A stretch of DNA of 64,000 nt, taken from contig NMRA01000181.1 in NCBI GenBank assembly GCA_002633005.1, positions 258,959 to 322,958 on the forward strand, written 5' to 3'. Below the pieces are notes generated by a model. It did not search any database. It was not told where the DNA came from and worked only from the letters and a program-made list of their open reading frames with translations. Numbering within the stretch: the first letter of the stretch is position 1; each line of letters begins with the position of its first letter. Made by a program: the position numbers and the translations under genes. Shown piece after piece: positions 38,782-51,375 of the stretch. Source of the DNA: Phoronis australis (Eukaryota > Animalia > Phoronida).

Positions 38782-41402
38782 GGGGCTATTCGGAAAATTT
38801 ACATTAACTAGAGGGCGCGCGTGATAGATTAACAGCCTCGATTTCGCGAGCCCTTTAAATACATGGTGAAATGGCTTGTAGGCGTGCCAACTGAATCTGA
38901 GATTGCGTGAAAAGAGTGTTTCTATGAGAGAAAGTGAGCACGACCTTATACAAAGGTAAGGTTTGTGATTATTATAACAATTATTCCATGTTTATTCTAC
39001 TGATGCCTGTTAACTGAGATACTTGCCGATGTCGACTTCGCGGCAGTCGCCAGTCGGGTTAATCTTTGTTTGTTGTGATTTGTGTTACGATACTTGACGT
39101 AGCACTCGGGATGTTTTCGTACATCAAAACAGTATTATTGTTTGGAATAATTTCTAACAGGTTTATCAGTGACAGTTACATCAATGAATGCTGAATGTTT
39201 AACTCGATATTGGTTAGTGAGATTACAATCCAGACCAAGTGCCATGGCAAAGGGTACATCAATATACATTAGACTATTTGTTTACTCTCTAGCCTGTGTC
39301 TTCCGGAAATTTGTTACACGTTGAAATGAAAATCTATCATGTCTGTTTTCACGTGACCTTTGGTTTTTAGGTTTGAGGTCTTGTACCGTGTAGAGGAGAT
39401 ATGCATCGCTTCTGCATCGACCCTTAATGGACAAAAATTGGTGTTAAGCAGTTGACTTCAGCTAACCAGCAAGATCTTCCCATCCAGTGTAGATCTGTTG
39501 TTAAAGTCTACTTTCTTCATCAGAGACAACGAACAAGCTCTGTTACTCGAGTCCACAGGATTTCCACACACCATTAGTGCTGCATGACACAATGTACATG
39601 TCAGTGGCACTGGTGAAATGTGAATCGCAGTACGAAGTTACCATAAGACAACGTGTTGTTTGTGTATGAAGAGGAACTATATCTGACTGCTACACAAGTC
39701 AGCCTCGTTGGTGAGGATGGCCTTTCACAGGTAATAAGTCATGCGTGGACAATAGCTTATTTCCTTTCCTGGAAGAAACAGGCTGGATTGAAGCTAAAGA
39801 AGACGTAGTGACACTCTGGTCTAGTTCAAGGTCAGACTTTGGGCACAAAACGAGTCAAGTGATATGCTGTTTTGATTATCTTCAAGGATCTAATTGATGC
39901 TGAATGAGGTTACCTGGAAGAAAGCCACATGCCGAAACTGGACTTTTTTTACAAGCGCTTCTATAGGCTATTGAAACTAGATCTCTGTGAAATGAAAACC
40001 AAAAGCCTCTGGTATAAATACCTGTCCTTTCTCACTGAGTGACATTAACTTTTCCATTCAGAAGAAAGGCTTCATGCTAATGGAAAAATCTTTTCAATTT
40101 GGTACACATTATGGGGAAATGACGTTCAGTGACTGCAACGATTGTCTTATTGTCAGTAGGAAGCCCGTTAATGTTACACTTTGATGATAGAATACAATTT
40201 TCATCAACAGGCAAGGTTGTCACTAATTATTGAAACCACAATATTTCCTCAGTTTTAAAGCCCCACACAGTGCAGTTGTGTTTATTCTTTATAAAGCTGA
40301 AATGATTAGCGATTGCGCTTGCGAATTGTCGTTTTCCTCAGTGTTGACCTCTAGAAATGTTCAGCGATCAAAATAAAGTATTCCCTTTGTTTGCATTTGA
40401 TTTGTTTGTGTGTGTAATTATTTTTAGAGCTTTCTTAAGAAGGCCTTCGAACAATTTTAAGTTTTGTGTTAACTTGTCCACAACAAAAGTGCCACATGTA
40501 AGAAATGTATATAAAGAAACAACATTGTTAAAAACAATTGTAATTTTCCCAAGCAATGGAGTCCAAAATCAGGCATATCAAGGGCTGATTTTCTGAATTA
40601 TATTCGATTCTATCAGGTTAATGCTGAAGGATTGCTTTTCACTTTGTCCAAAGGTAAAATAGAAGGTCAGGCGGCTGGTTTCAGTCGTTTTCTCTCTCTT
40701 GTAACAGATGAGTGGGAGAAATATTAACAAATTATAAAAGAAAACACAATACAAACCTACTTTAGTAAGGCAGAACATACTTGACGTTTCATCTTCATGT
40801 TTATATGTACAAAACTAATAATCTTTGTACCCAAGTCTTATTTAAGATCTGAATTAAACTATGTGAAACAGGCTGAAAGTGATTTAATAATGTGTATTTT
40901 TCACGACACCTAAAATGTGCATCTGACTTCAACAAGTAAAGTTCATTCTAGGTGTTAATTTTTATTCAAATGCTATGTTATGACGTTTACAGAATAGCTT
41001 ATTCATCGGTAAATTCAGTAACTAATCTGGTAGTCCTGGGGGTGGAGTTCGCCATACAATAAGGGAACTCACTCGTCTAGAGAATTTTATTGGACATAGC
41101 ATAGCTTTGAAGAGAATCTGCTGTTAAAGTCATCCTGAGCGTCACGTACCATACACCTCTTACATTGGGCGCATTCCCTGGAGGACAATATGTGAATATG
41201 TGCTGCTAGCCTACCCGGCATCCGAGTCCTGGGTGAGTTTCCGAAAAGAAACACTTAGCAATAATAAGGCTTTGCGCGACGACGTATTTTGATAACAATC
41301 CGTCTTTTTATCAGCTCTTTACATGCAGACAGCGTCGCATGCGCAAGTCAATCACCAGTAGTACAGCAGCGACACCGCGAGGAGAATTCTCTGAATAGCC
41401 CC
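38782..41402. mobile_element. ISL2EU-like DNA element (GGGG termini, AT TSD) inserted in copy B
   Basis: TIR ggggctattcggaaaatt / aattctctgaatagcccc. The empty site in copy A (revcomp ggtagaATtgtag at about 29868-29880) versus filled gctagaAT[...]ATtgtgg shows a 2-bp AT duplication. No intact ORF. Confidence 0.8.
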
Positions 41403-41693
41403 ATTGTGGTTTTGTTTGCTGTGAAATGTCTAGTGTAGCTGCCTGAAATCTGGAATGTCCAGGGATGGGTTCACACTTAACGGAACTAATTAAGTTTCGC
41501 TGGCAATCAAAATCTACCACTGTTTTGATACTGCAAGTTTAAGAATAAAATAAAAAGACACCAACTAACTAGTTCCCGATGAGAGAAAAATTGGGGGCAG
41601 CTATTGGATGTTGGATCTCAACCAACTAACCAACAATGTGTCCCTTGGTATAACTTCTTAATTGACTACCAGGTGAAGCAGCTGTTGGATTTA

Positions 41694-44217
41694 ATAATAA
41701 TAATACGTTTATTTGTATTGAAGTCCTCTGGCCCAAAGTATAATGAACAAAACAATTAATCAGGCACATTTGCACAAGCAGTCAACCCATTTAAGAGTTG
41801 TTCTCGTCTTTTAAGGGCAAAATACACATATTTAACAGCAGATATATCTGGATTAGCGAGCAGGCGTATACAGGATTCTTGAGTTGGATGCCTCCATTGA
41901 ACTTCCTTCAAAAAAACATGACCTAAGTTCACAATATCCCTTGCAAACCAACAGGAAATGGTATTCATCCTCTACAAGACCATCATTGCAAGCCATACAT
42001 AATCTATTGTAATAATCCACTTCCACTTGTAGTCTGTGGTTGGAGCAACGTAAACGAGTAAACGCTTGAATAAGACTATTGTGTAGCGGTAATTTAAGAT
42101 ATGGTTCAAAACAGTAAAGAGTCTTAAAGTTAGAGTAGAATTTAAGTTTTGCATTATGCTCAATTTCTGATCGCCAACCTTGTTCATAACAGTCATTAAC
42201 TCTCTGCGCGAAGAAACTTAAAAACGAGACTTCGCACGTGACACCTTGATTCAACAAAATTTCATAAAAACCGTATTTTGATAGCAATTGTCTAACAGAA
42301 TATACCCAAGTATTTCTTCCATTCCTATCTAAATCAGGTAACATGTCATAAGCCGCTTTAGCGTATCTATTAGGTGGCATTTTCAATAACTTTAGCCAAT
42401 ATTTTACACCCCTGACATAATACTTTGCGTAGAGCGGATAAATTCCACTTTCACCCAATACAGCTGCGTTTGAGTAAGAGTTTCCAACTCCAAGAGCAAT
42501 TTTACAGAATTTAACATAAAAATTTTCAAGCCATTCGTATTCTTTGAATCCCCAGATTTCCGCGCCGTAGCACATAGTTGGTACAGCAATTTTATCAAAC
42601 AGTTCAAGTGATAGGCTCAATAGTAATTCCGTGCACCGGTTTCTAATTTTAGAGATGGACATAGCAGCTTTACTACCTTGACGTGCCAGAGTTTTAGTGG
42701 CTTTGGACCAAACTAATCTTGGTGTGAAGAATATTCCAAGATATTTATATTGGGAGACAACCTCCACTACTTGGTTTCCATAATACCACTTCTCATACGC
42801 TCTGAGTGGCCCGCCATTTCTAAAAACAACGATCTTATTTTTTTCAGATTTACACTCATGCCCCAAGAAGAGCAATAATCATAAAGGCAATTTAACATTC
42901 TTTGCAAATTAATTTGAGTGCTCGAACACAGAACCATGTCATCAGCATACAACAGCGATTTGACGTGCGGAGCCTCTTCATTGATGTAAATCCCTCTAAT
43001 ATTTTGGGCATTATCTAGAACTTCGATAAATTTGTTCAGATATATGATAAACAATAGTGGGCTGATCATACACCCTTGTCTGGTGCCGACAGAACAGTCA
43101 AAAAAGTCGGTTAACCCTTCTCTGGTCCTTACGCATGAACGAAATTCACTGTACATGGATTTCAAGACTTTAAGTACGTTACCATGGACAGCAATTTTTT
43201 GTAATCTATACCAGAGTAGGATGTGGGGAATTATGTCAAACGCCTTCGAAAAGTTGACAAAAGCACAATAAAAACAACCCCCGGGCTTAGTGATATATTT
43301 TTGGCACATGGCCTGAAGCGTAAACATTTGGTCCTGAGTGCAATAGCCCTTGCAGAATCCCGCCTGTGATTCACGAAGTTCGTCATTTGCCTCAGCCCAG
43401 GTCCTAAGCCGGTTGTTCAAAAGTTTGGTGAATAGCTTTCCTACTGCTGACAGCAATGAGATACCTCTATAATTGTTCTCATCTTCAGTGTTACCCTGTT
43501 TAAGTATAGGAACAATTATTGCATCACATCAGCCCTGTGGGTAGAGACCTGTAGTGAGAATTCCATTGAAAAGCAGTTCCAATACAGGAACAATAACTAC
43601 CCTCGTACTCTTCAACATCTCAAATACAACGTGATCAATGCCGGCTGCTTTGCCGTTTGTAAGATCCATTATAGCGCACTCAATTTCCTCACATGAGAAA
43701 CAAGTGTTCATATCACTGGGTAATTTTTTGTCACAAGCATGACAGTAATTGTCATGATTTTCCTGTTGTCTTACTACCGTATTTGACATAGTGTCGCTCG
43801 GTTCCATCTGTTCATTGAGCAACAAATTAAAATACGTCTACCACCGTTCTAGAGTTATCGCATTTTCTTTCGGACTACTATTAAATTTTGATTTTACCAA
43901 AGCCCAGAATTGCTTTGGATTATTTCTACTATCCAAAATATTTTCTAGCAACTTCAATTGATGCTCTTTTTGATTTTCTTTGTATAGCATGCGAAATTGT
44001 TTCTTATTTTCTTTGTATACTGCCAATTTCCAGGGGAAGAGTCTCTCCGAAAAATATTCAAAGAGTGATTTTTTGTTTTTTCGCAGTACGTAATTCTTTG
44101 TCCCACCAATGGGGTTGTTTGCTCTGCCTTTTAGCATAAGTATGTTTATTTTTAAACATTGCCATCGATGTAGCATTTTTTTATACAGATTTGTGATACC
44201 ATCTGTTGCACTTTATA
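41694..44217 (-). mobile_element. 5'-truncated non-LTR retrotransposon (RT plus C-terminal CCHC; RTEX/L2-CR1-like), frameshifted
   Basis: ORFs 43838-44176, 43529-43825, 42767-43456, 41853-42875: GKAAGID, QAGF, GTRQGCMISPLLF, LLYADD, YKYLG, RLCMACNDGLVEDEYHFLLVC. Minus-strand AATAAA plus (TAT)n tail at about 41692-41713. TSD ttggattta at 41685-93 and 44218-26. Confidence 0.92.
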
Positions 44218-44820
44218 TTGGATTTAGGATGTCAACAAACCACAAGGTGGCGTGTGTTTGTTGGTTTTCATCCAAATAAGGTGTACGCCTACCTACATGT
44301 AGTTGGTTGACATCCATGTAAGTTTCTGTCATAGCTCTGATATTTTGCTATGAATGTGCCTTTCTGTTACTCTCAGTTTTCGTTAAAACGTTAGGCACAT
44401 AACCTAATTAATGACACGTTGGTAGAGTCAAACCCCAAACTCGAGGGAATTTGCACTCTAAGAAAATATATACTTTTATTGAGTTAAATTACACAGTTTT
44501 GCAGATAATGTTCTGGCTTGTCGTTCAAGTCCTCACAATCGTAAGAAACGTGTGTCTTTAGATTATGGAATTATATAAAACACAAACCGGCTTGAAAACG
44601 TGTTTCTGGTCTTTGTTCTTAACTTAATTAAAATTTAGTCAGTTTTTGCTATAGTTCAGCAAACTAACTGCACTTTCGACTTATGTTCATCAATTACAAA
44701 ACTGTGCGTGGCGATGTGTCGAAATTCAAATTCAGGGATGTTTGTGGTCTTTAAACTCTGTGTGTATTTTTATGTACAACAATAGAGATCTAACGGGTAC
44801 ACTTAATTAACTTCACAAGC

Positions 44821-44916
44821 TCTGCCGGTTCAACGGGCTGCAACACCTGATTGGTTTTTAAGCCGGAAGTCTTCAAAAAGAACCAATCAGATGCCTTAGC
44901 CCGTTGACCCGGCAGA
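44821..44916. repeat. Imperfect hairpin/palindrome
   Basis: tctgccggttcaacgggct..ca.ctgattggtt vs aaccaatcagatg..agcccgttgacccggcaga; likely the centre of a decayed palindromic MITE. Confidence 0.7.
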
Positions 44917-45802
44917 AAAGGCCGCGCCAATCAAGTGCAGCCAGAGCTATAACCGCAATTTCGTTTCTTTGACAAAATACAGGTTTACCTGTAAAACATC
45001 TCTTTAAACGTGCAGTTGTCTCTAACGCCCCTGCCGGCTCCCGAATCGAGAGAAGATATTGTCCACGTTGACATTGTTTGGGGCTATTAAATTCTAAAAC
45101 GTAGTGTAAGAATATCAACGAAATGTTTTCTTTAACAGTTTACAATGAGGACACATGTAATTTTTAGTCATTTGATTGAAAATTCCGTTTTTAACCTACA
45201 CCACAGCAACTTTCGGTCGCAGTTTGATCTTAAGTCGGGCTTAATTTTGGTCTTAAGAATGTTCTTAAAAGGGGCTAAAACATTTAAGTAAGCCTGTTTG
45301 GTCTTTGTGTCTACAGCATTGCATTAAGGCTAAACATTCTAGTCTGAACTCGAGTTTTTATTCGAAATTTTACCTCAAATCTGGGGGTTATGAATTTGCA
45401 AACGTGGATTACAAACTCTTATGCATAAGCCATAATGTACTAGATCACAAAAGTTATTGACTGTTCGATTTCGATTAAAAAGATAATACCCGGGCCCATG
45501 GTTTTTGATTGGCGTGCGTTGTTCGTGTCTCTTTGGGCAGTGTTGCGAGTCGCTGTCTTCCTCCTCCTTTCCCTATAAAGAGACTGTTTACATCGAACGA
45601 TTGACCGGGCATAAATTCCACAAACTCCCAATGTTTTGGTGGTGGTCTTGTTTTTTTTTTTCAGCATCGTCCCATTTATAAGATTTTCGCGTCAATCGTT
45701 CTGCTACGATGTTGTCATTACCGGACGTCTTTCCCAATATGCCTGACGCTTTCTGATATCCCTATTGTCCATGTCTCGGCGGCCATCGCTTTTCATGTGT
45801 AT

Positions 45803-46854
45803 CACTACTTATGAGACAATGTGCGTGGCTGTCGTTTGTGCAGATTTGCAACATTCTATGGAAGGAAGTTTTGAAAACTTAAAATTTAGTCGGTTGCCAC
45901 CAAAAAATCTTAGATTTAGAGAAGCCTTGCATAAACTCGTATCTTGGTGGTAGGAAAAGAGTTAATTATAATGGTTTTTATTACAAAAAGCAATATATAG
46001 TAAATCTGAAACACATAACGTGTGCAGAAAAATCAACTTTCTGTTTTCGGCTCTCAGACAGTTAGTAGAATTTGATGAAGTCTTTCAACAATCTCCTTTC
46101 TGTCTTCGCTAGTTTTTCTAATCTGCTCTACTTTGGCATATTTGACTATCAACTACTTGACCAGACTATTTGATTATTGAGAGCTATCCATAAGCTTTTG
46201 ACGTGTCCGCTGCGAATTGAACATATTGAAAAAACAATGGAATTAGATGTCCATTAGGGACCTGCTTCATGAAAAGTGACTTCAGGTTCAGGTTATAAAT
46301 TTGGTGTTAAGGTCCACACACCCAAGTCNCACTACTTATGAGACAATGTGCGTGGCTATCGTTTGTGCAGATTTGCAACATTCTATGGAAGGAAGTTTTG
46401 AAAACTTAAAATTTAGTCGGTTGCCACCAAAAATCTTAGATTTAGAGAAGCCTTGCATAAACTCGTATCTTGGTGGTAGGAAAAGAGTTAATTATAATGG
46501 TTTTTATTACAAAAAGCAATATATAGTAAATCTGAAACACATAACGTGTGCAGCAAAATCAACTTTCTGTTTTCGGCTCTCAGACAGTTAGTAGAATTTG
46601 ATGAAGTCTTTCAACAATCTCCTTTCTGTCTTCGCTAGTTTTTCTAATCTGCTCTACTTTGGCATATTTGACTATCAACTACTTGACCAGACTATTTGAT
46701 TATTGAGAGCTATCCATAAGCTTTTGACGTGTCCGCTGCGAATTGAACATATTGAAAAAACAATGGAATTAGATGTCCATTAGGGACCTGCTTCATGAAA
46801 AGTGACTTCAGGTTCAGGTTATAAATTTGGTGTTAAGGTCCACACACCCAAGTC
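45803..46854. other. 525/526-bp near-identical tandem duplication split by a single N (46329): probable assembly artefact
   Basis: 45803-46328 and 46330-46854 differ at only about 3 positions I could see (gtc/atc, A6/A5, gaaaa/gcaaa); the N sits exactly at the junction. Confidence 0.85.
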
Positions 46855-47877
46855 TAAATATATGCACATGATTTCCAATTGCTTTAATAAAATGTCATTT
46901 TTAACGAAATGGGAACGAAAGACAACGTGTTTGACTATCACCTTAAGTGGCACTTTTCACGAAACGGGGCCTAAATAGCACATGTGTAAAGGTAGATTGA
47001 CAGATTTTACAGCGACGAAGTTTTTCTGCCTGTAGCTATTAACTCAGGACCCTGCACGACACTACCGAAGGTCACCAATGCGGCAACCTCTCCGAACGCT
47101 GGCCCAGTAGACGTTGGTCTTGGAGTAACTTTGACGTGCAATGCGGGGTACGCTAGTACCAACGCAATCATTCGAACCTCCTCTTATTGTATGGGTGATG
47201 ACAACTGGTCGGTGAAGTCGCTGCATTGTCAAAGTGAGTGGCGTGACTATGCTTTGCGGAATGTCTTGATACAATTTTCCAGTATTTTCTTGGATTAAGG
47301 ATATAGTTTTAATGTCGACGTTTGAATAAGAGCATCACAAGAATGTTTCGTAGTTTGTGTCATCTTACAGACCTAAATTGAAACAGGCGTAAAGCTCAGC
47401 TTGACGAGAGGCTTCGAACACACCAATATATCGTTAGAGGCGCTAAGACGCTGCACACTTAGGTATACTTGGATTTTTTGCTGGCAAATCATAAAAATAG
47501 CAAATCGCAACGTGCTAATTTCTTTATTTCTATGGCGAACGTTTTGATAACTATGTCATAAAAATCGGTTGTCCGTTTGACAACTGGGCACATTGCGTCA
47601 TCAGTTATGTTCAACAACTATAAAGTGCTGCGCGGTTGATGTATGTCATTCGTACTATACGTTATACGTACTTGCCAACTGTCCAGCTTTTGGGACTATC
47701 CGGTTTTTATAGAGGCATGGGACGCAGAATCACCAAATTCACGATTTTTGAAATACACGCGAAGGGAAAACTCTGTAGCCACCACATGATTTCTAATCTT
47801 CCTCCCACTAATGATAAATTCGCGCATGCGTTCACATTCATCCAATAACCAGCTGTCTGACAAGGATATTAACGCAG

Positions 47878-48062
47878 ATCGCACTCTGAAGTCGACACCA
47901 CGTTATGAGATAATCCAATGAAGCAATATATTTCCCAAAGAGAATTCCAAATGCGTTTTAGAATATATTTGAATACTACGATACCTTTGTAATTTTTGTT
48001 AGACACCAATTGCCTCTTAATTCTACTGCTTGAAGTCGCCATTGTTCTGTTTACATCAAATG
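47878..48062. repeat. Old dispersed repeat; direct copy at about 57706-57920
   Basis: Shared tctga(a/g)gtcgacaccacg(t/g)tatgag...ttttagaatat(a/g)tttgaa(t/c)actacgatac...tgcttgaagt...tcaaatg. Confidence 0.65.
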
Positions 48063-48161
48063 CCAAAGGAAATGTGCTATGTCAGTTAGCATTGTAAGCG
48101 CAATGTGTGCACCATATATGTACTTCCGTTGGGCAGCAACCCCCATTTTTTGTGTGTACAG

Positions 48162-48347
48162 GTGCCCACTGTGCGGTGCCCAATCTACCAAACGCCACCA
48201 TAACGCCTACCGGTGCTACTGTGCAGTCGGGCGCCACTGTGCAAGTGAGCTGCAGCCAGGGCTTTGCCGTTGCTGACCGAAGTCGACAAAAATCTGTTCA
48301 GTGCATAGGAAACAAGTGGTCTGAAGAGTTGACAGATATTTGCATCG
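48162..48347 (+). CDS. Coding exon, Sushi/CCP domain 9
   Basis: Acceptor ttttttgtgtgtacag|, donor |gtgggt; 186 nt, phase 1-1. AHCAVPNLPNA...GATVQVSCSQGF...VQCIGNKWSEELTDICI. Confidence 0.92.
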
Positions 48348-51300
48348 GTGGGTTTCTTTTTAAATCTGTTAATATTAGTTTTTGTCCTCAACACAACTGG
48401 AAATTTCACGATAAAGGTTTTTACTTGGAAATTTTCCTGTCTTACTGTTAATGGTAGTTAAGTTGCACGTTTCACAAATTAAATGGCAACAAAAATGTTT
48501 TAGATGAGATATGCGGTATTCATTTACTTTCATTTGTGGCGATAAAATGTATAAAGCTGGGAAATACCTGTTCGGACAAAGTTGAAGAGAAGGGGGGGGG
48601 GGGTCAACATGGCTGACAAAAGTTCCAACTTCAGTAGTTTTTCTATGAACAGACAGAAGCAATATTTTGGAGAACAGTTGTCCTGCTTACAATTACATGT
48701 ACGTGTACGTGTAGATGTCATTGCGACCACGCAGGCATGTTCATTTGTGAATGCATGCCCAAATGATGCAGCTTTTATGACCTTAAGCTGCAACGTTTTC
48801 CGGAATTTAGATACCATGAGAGAACTGGGAAGACGCGCCACACGTATGTGAACATAAAGATTTTCTTTATTAGTTAAAAACTAATTGAAATTATTTTCAG
48901 AGTTGCTTCTGAATGGCATGCCTGTGCGTGCGGCAACGTGCATGTGCGAGTGTGTGTGTTTTTATGTTTGTATAGCGCTCGGGTAAATAATGTTGTAGCT
49001 TGGGCGTAAAATGAAAATGAGCACCAGATGTTAGTTATTTGTTCATTATACACTGACCTCGGGAAAAAGTTCTCTCAGCATTTTATTCTGAACCACGTGA
49101 AAAAGCTGACGTGTCTTATTAGATCACTTCAGAGCTATTAGAAACACGTTATTTTGTCTAAAAGACAATGTCAGCTACTTTATGCCTTAAAACATATGTT
49201 GTTGTGTTTTATTTTGAAATTTATTATTTTCATGGAATATTTTACCAGACAACACTTTGGTAATGTTTAATACAGACCATGTCAGATTCGCGGAAATACA
49301 AGAAAAATAGTGACTGGCCATATATCCAAATAAATGCCACGACACTGTTTCCGGGATTGTCGAAGTTTTCAGTGTTCCCAAAAAGTGCATTGTTATGATT
49401 TTATAACCTAAATATAAGATTTTGCGATAAGTTTTAATCTTCACTTTCTTTATTCCACACTGTAAACCATTAATTTAATCTTCTAAAAATGTGTATTGTT
49501 TTCACATCCAATTTTAGCTGTGGAAGCACTGTGCAAGACAGAAGTGTCATAACATACCAACTTGTTGCAACCTTGTGACAATTTGGGCCAGCGCTGTCAA
49601 ATTTGTCACAGAATATATATATATACATTTTTACTCAGTTAAAACCTTTAGTTTTGTAGATATTTGGCGAATTCACGAACTTGTCAATAAGGTCCTACAT
49701 ACCCTAATTCTCAATGTCGTGATTTTTTGTTTGTTTCTGACATGGAATTGTAATCAAAACTTCACTCAGAAGAGTTTTCAATTTTTTCCGGTGAACTATT
49801 ACCATGTATGTAAACGTTCACAGTATTTCGTCATTCGCGTTGTAATAACGTTGTCAGGGCCTTAAGTATCCATACAGTTTCTCGCGATTAACACCAGTTG
49901 TATCAAGTACATGCAGAGTACATGTATCTGCGTATAGCATTGCTGAATGTCGTCACTTGTCTCTTTGTTCTGCTTCAGACGAGAGAAACGTCTTTACAAC
50001 GGAAGTGTCCTTTTCCCTAAATGGAAGTTATGCCGAGATAGTTCAGCCATCAAAAAGGTCGTTCCTGTTGGCAGTGTACAGACATCTTAAAGGCGTTTTG
50101 GGTGACGGGCTGGAGGCTGTGAGGAACTTGAGAGTGTCTGCAGGTCTTCATCATTTCTCGTCGTTGATCTTTGACACCCAGAGGGGGACCATGTGCGATG
50201 GGTCATATATTTTTCGAAAGTTCAGACCTCGTGTGATTGCACAAAACTGATAATTGAGTGGAATTTACATTACAAAGGAGCTTATGCAAACCTACATGTA
50301 TGATATAGGGGATGAGAATGCAAATGACCCACAAGATAAGGACATGGGTGGACACCTGATAGTCCTGAATCCATGCAAGAAGGCCACAGCAAATTATAAA
50401 AACGCAATATTTAGAAAATTGGTGCCTACATAAAAATACGCAATGGCGCTAATGTGGGGCTGTAAAGAAATGTGGTCCATTCTCGGTGATTTTGCACATT
50501 TACTTTCACTAAACACACCAATATATAACTTTGACTTTCACTTAAACAATAGAGTAAAATTCGTACTAGCAATTGAAACAAAGGTGGCCAAATATGAGGT
50601 ACATGAAGGTTATCGCGCAGGTTGCATGGACCAGTGTTGAAGTTCTTTGTCTCACGGATGGAATCGGCTTTTCAATTTCAGCAAGACGTTGTTTAACAGG
50701 CAAAATCACACACACTATTTCAAATCTACTTTGTAGGGACCATAAGAGTACAGTTCAATTTGGTTCCAACTATGAATGCGAATAATATTAATGAGCACAT
50801 CGAAAGCCTGCAAGGCGAATTTGGTATGAGTTACAAAGGCAAAGTCTTCATACGTCAGCCAGAAACGTTGCAAATTACAATGGCAGGTATGTGGAAACTT
50901 TTAAATAGTGGCGGTATTCCGGCGATTAGTTTGCTCAAGATGCCGAATTCATGTATCGATATAAGTCATTTAGTAAGAGGGCATAGGCGTAAACGTGCGC
51001 GTGCATGTGCGCGTGTGTATACTGTTATGCTGGATTTTGGTTCGTGGCCCGTAGCGAAAACTCCTGTCGACACATCACGATTGCCAAATACAATAAATAC
51101 AACTTTATGTTCGGCCGTCGTATGCGAGTAATCGGAGTGTGTAGACAGGAATTTCGAAATGATTTTTAGAGCCCACAAACGGTATAAGGTCGTTGTTTCA
51201 AACAGAGCATTTCAATTTGTGTGGACTTTCGGTAGACACACTAACTTGCTCACGGGTCGTTTTCTTGGATTCGATAGCTATTGCTTGGTAAAAACCGTTC

Positions 51301-51375
51301 TAATGGCACTTGAATAACACTACGCAATCGCAAGCGATTCATGTGAAGTCTCCCGTTCACCAAAGCGCCAGTATT

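Larger units (their letters stand above)
36897..44337 (-). mobile_element. Foldback-type element, copy B, inverted relative to copy A, with two nested insertions
   Basis: Starts CATACATGTCAGAATCTTACAT, ends ATGTAAGTTTCTGTCATAGCTC. Imperfect 8-bp TSD tgttcttt (36889-96) / tgatattt (44338-45). 36897-38780 is the reverse complement of about 29890-30960 plus 32972-34121. Repeat array at about 37000-37370. Confidence 0.85.

Noticed and set aside
41853-44176. Reverse transcriptase as retron, DGR or group II intron diversifying the Sushi exons
   Set aside because: Ordinary frameshifted, 5'-truncated LINE with tail and TSD; no template/variable repeat pair matching any Sushi exon was seen. The same applies to 59791-62178.
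244-48347. Dscam-style mutually exclusive exon cluster
   Set aside because: Exons are too divergent and widely spaced, no shared docking/selector sequence was seen upstream of them, and serial joining gives a sensible protein; only optional skipping remains plausible.
49957-51178. Cluster of 65-123 aa ORFs
   Set aside because: No domain motifs or consistent splice signals; treated as intronic noise or unidentifiable TE remains.
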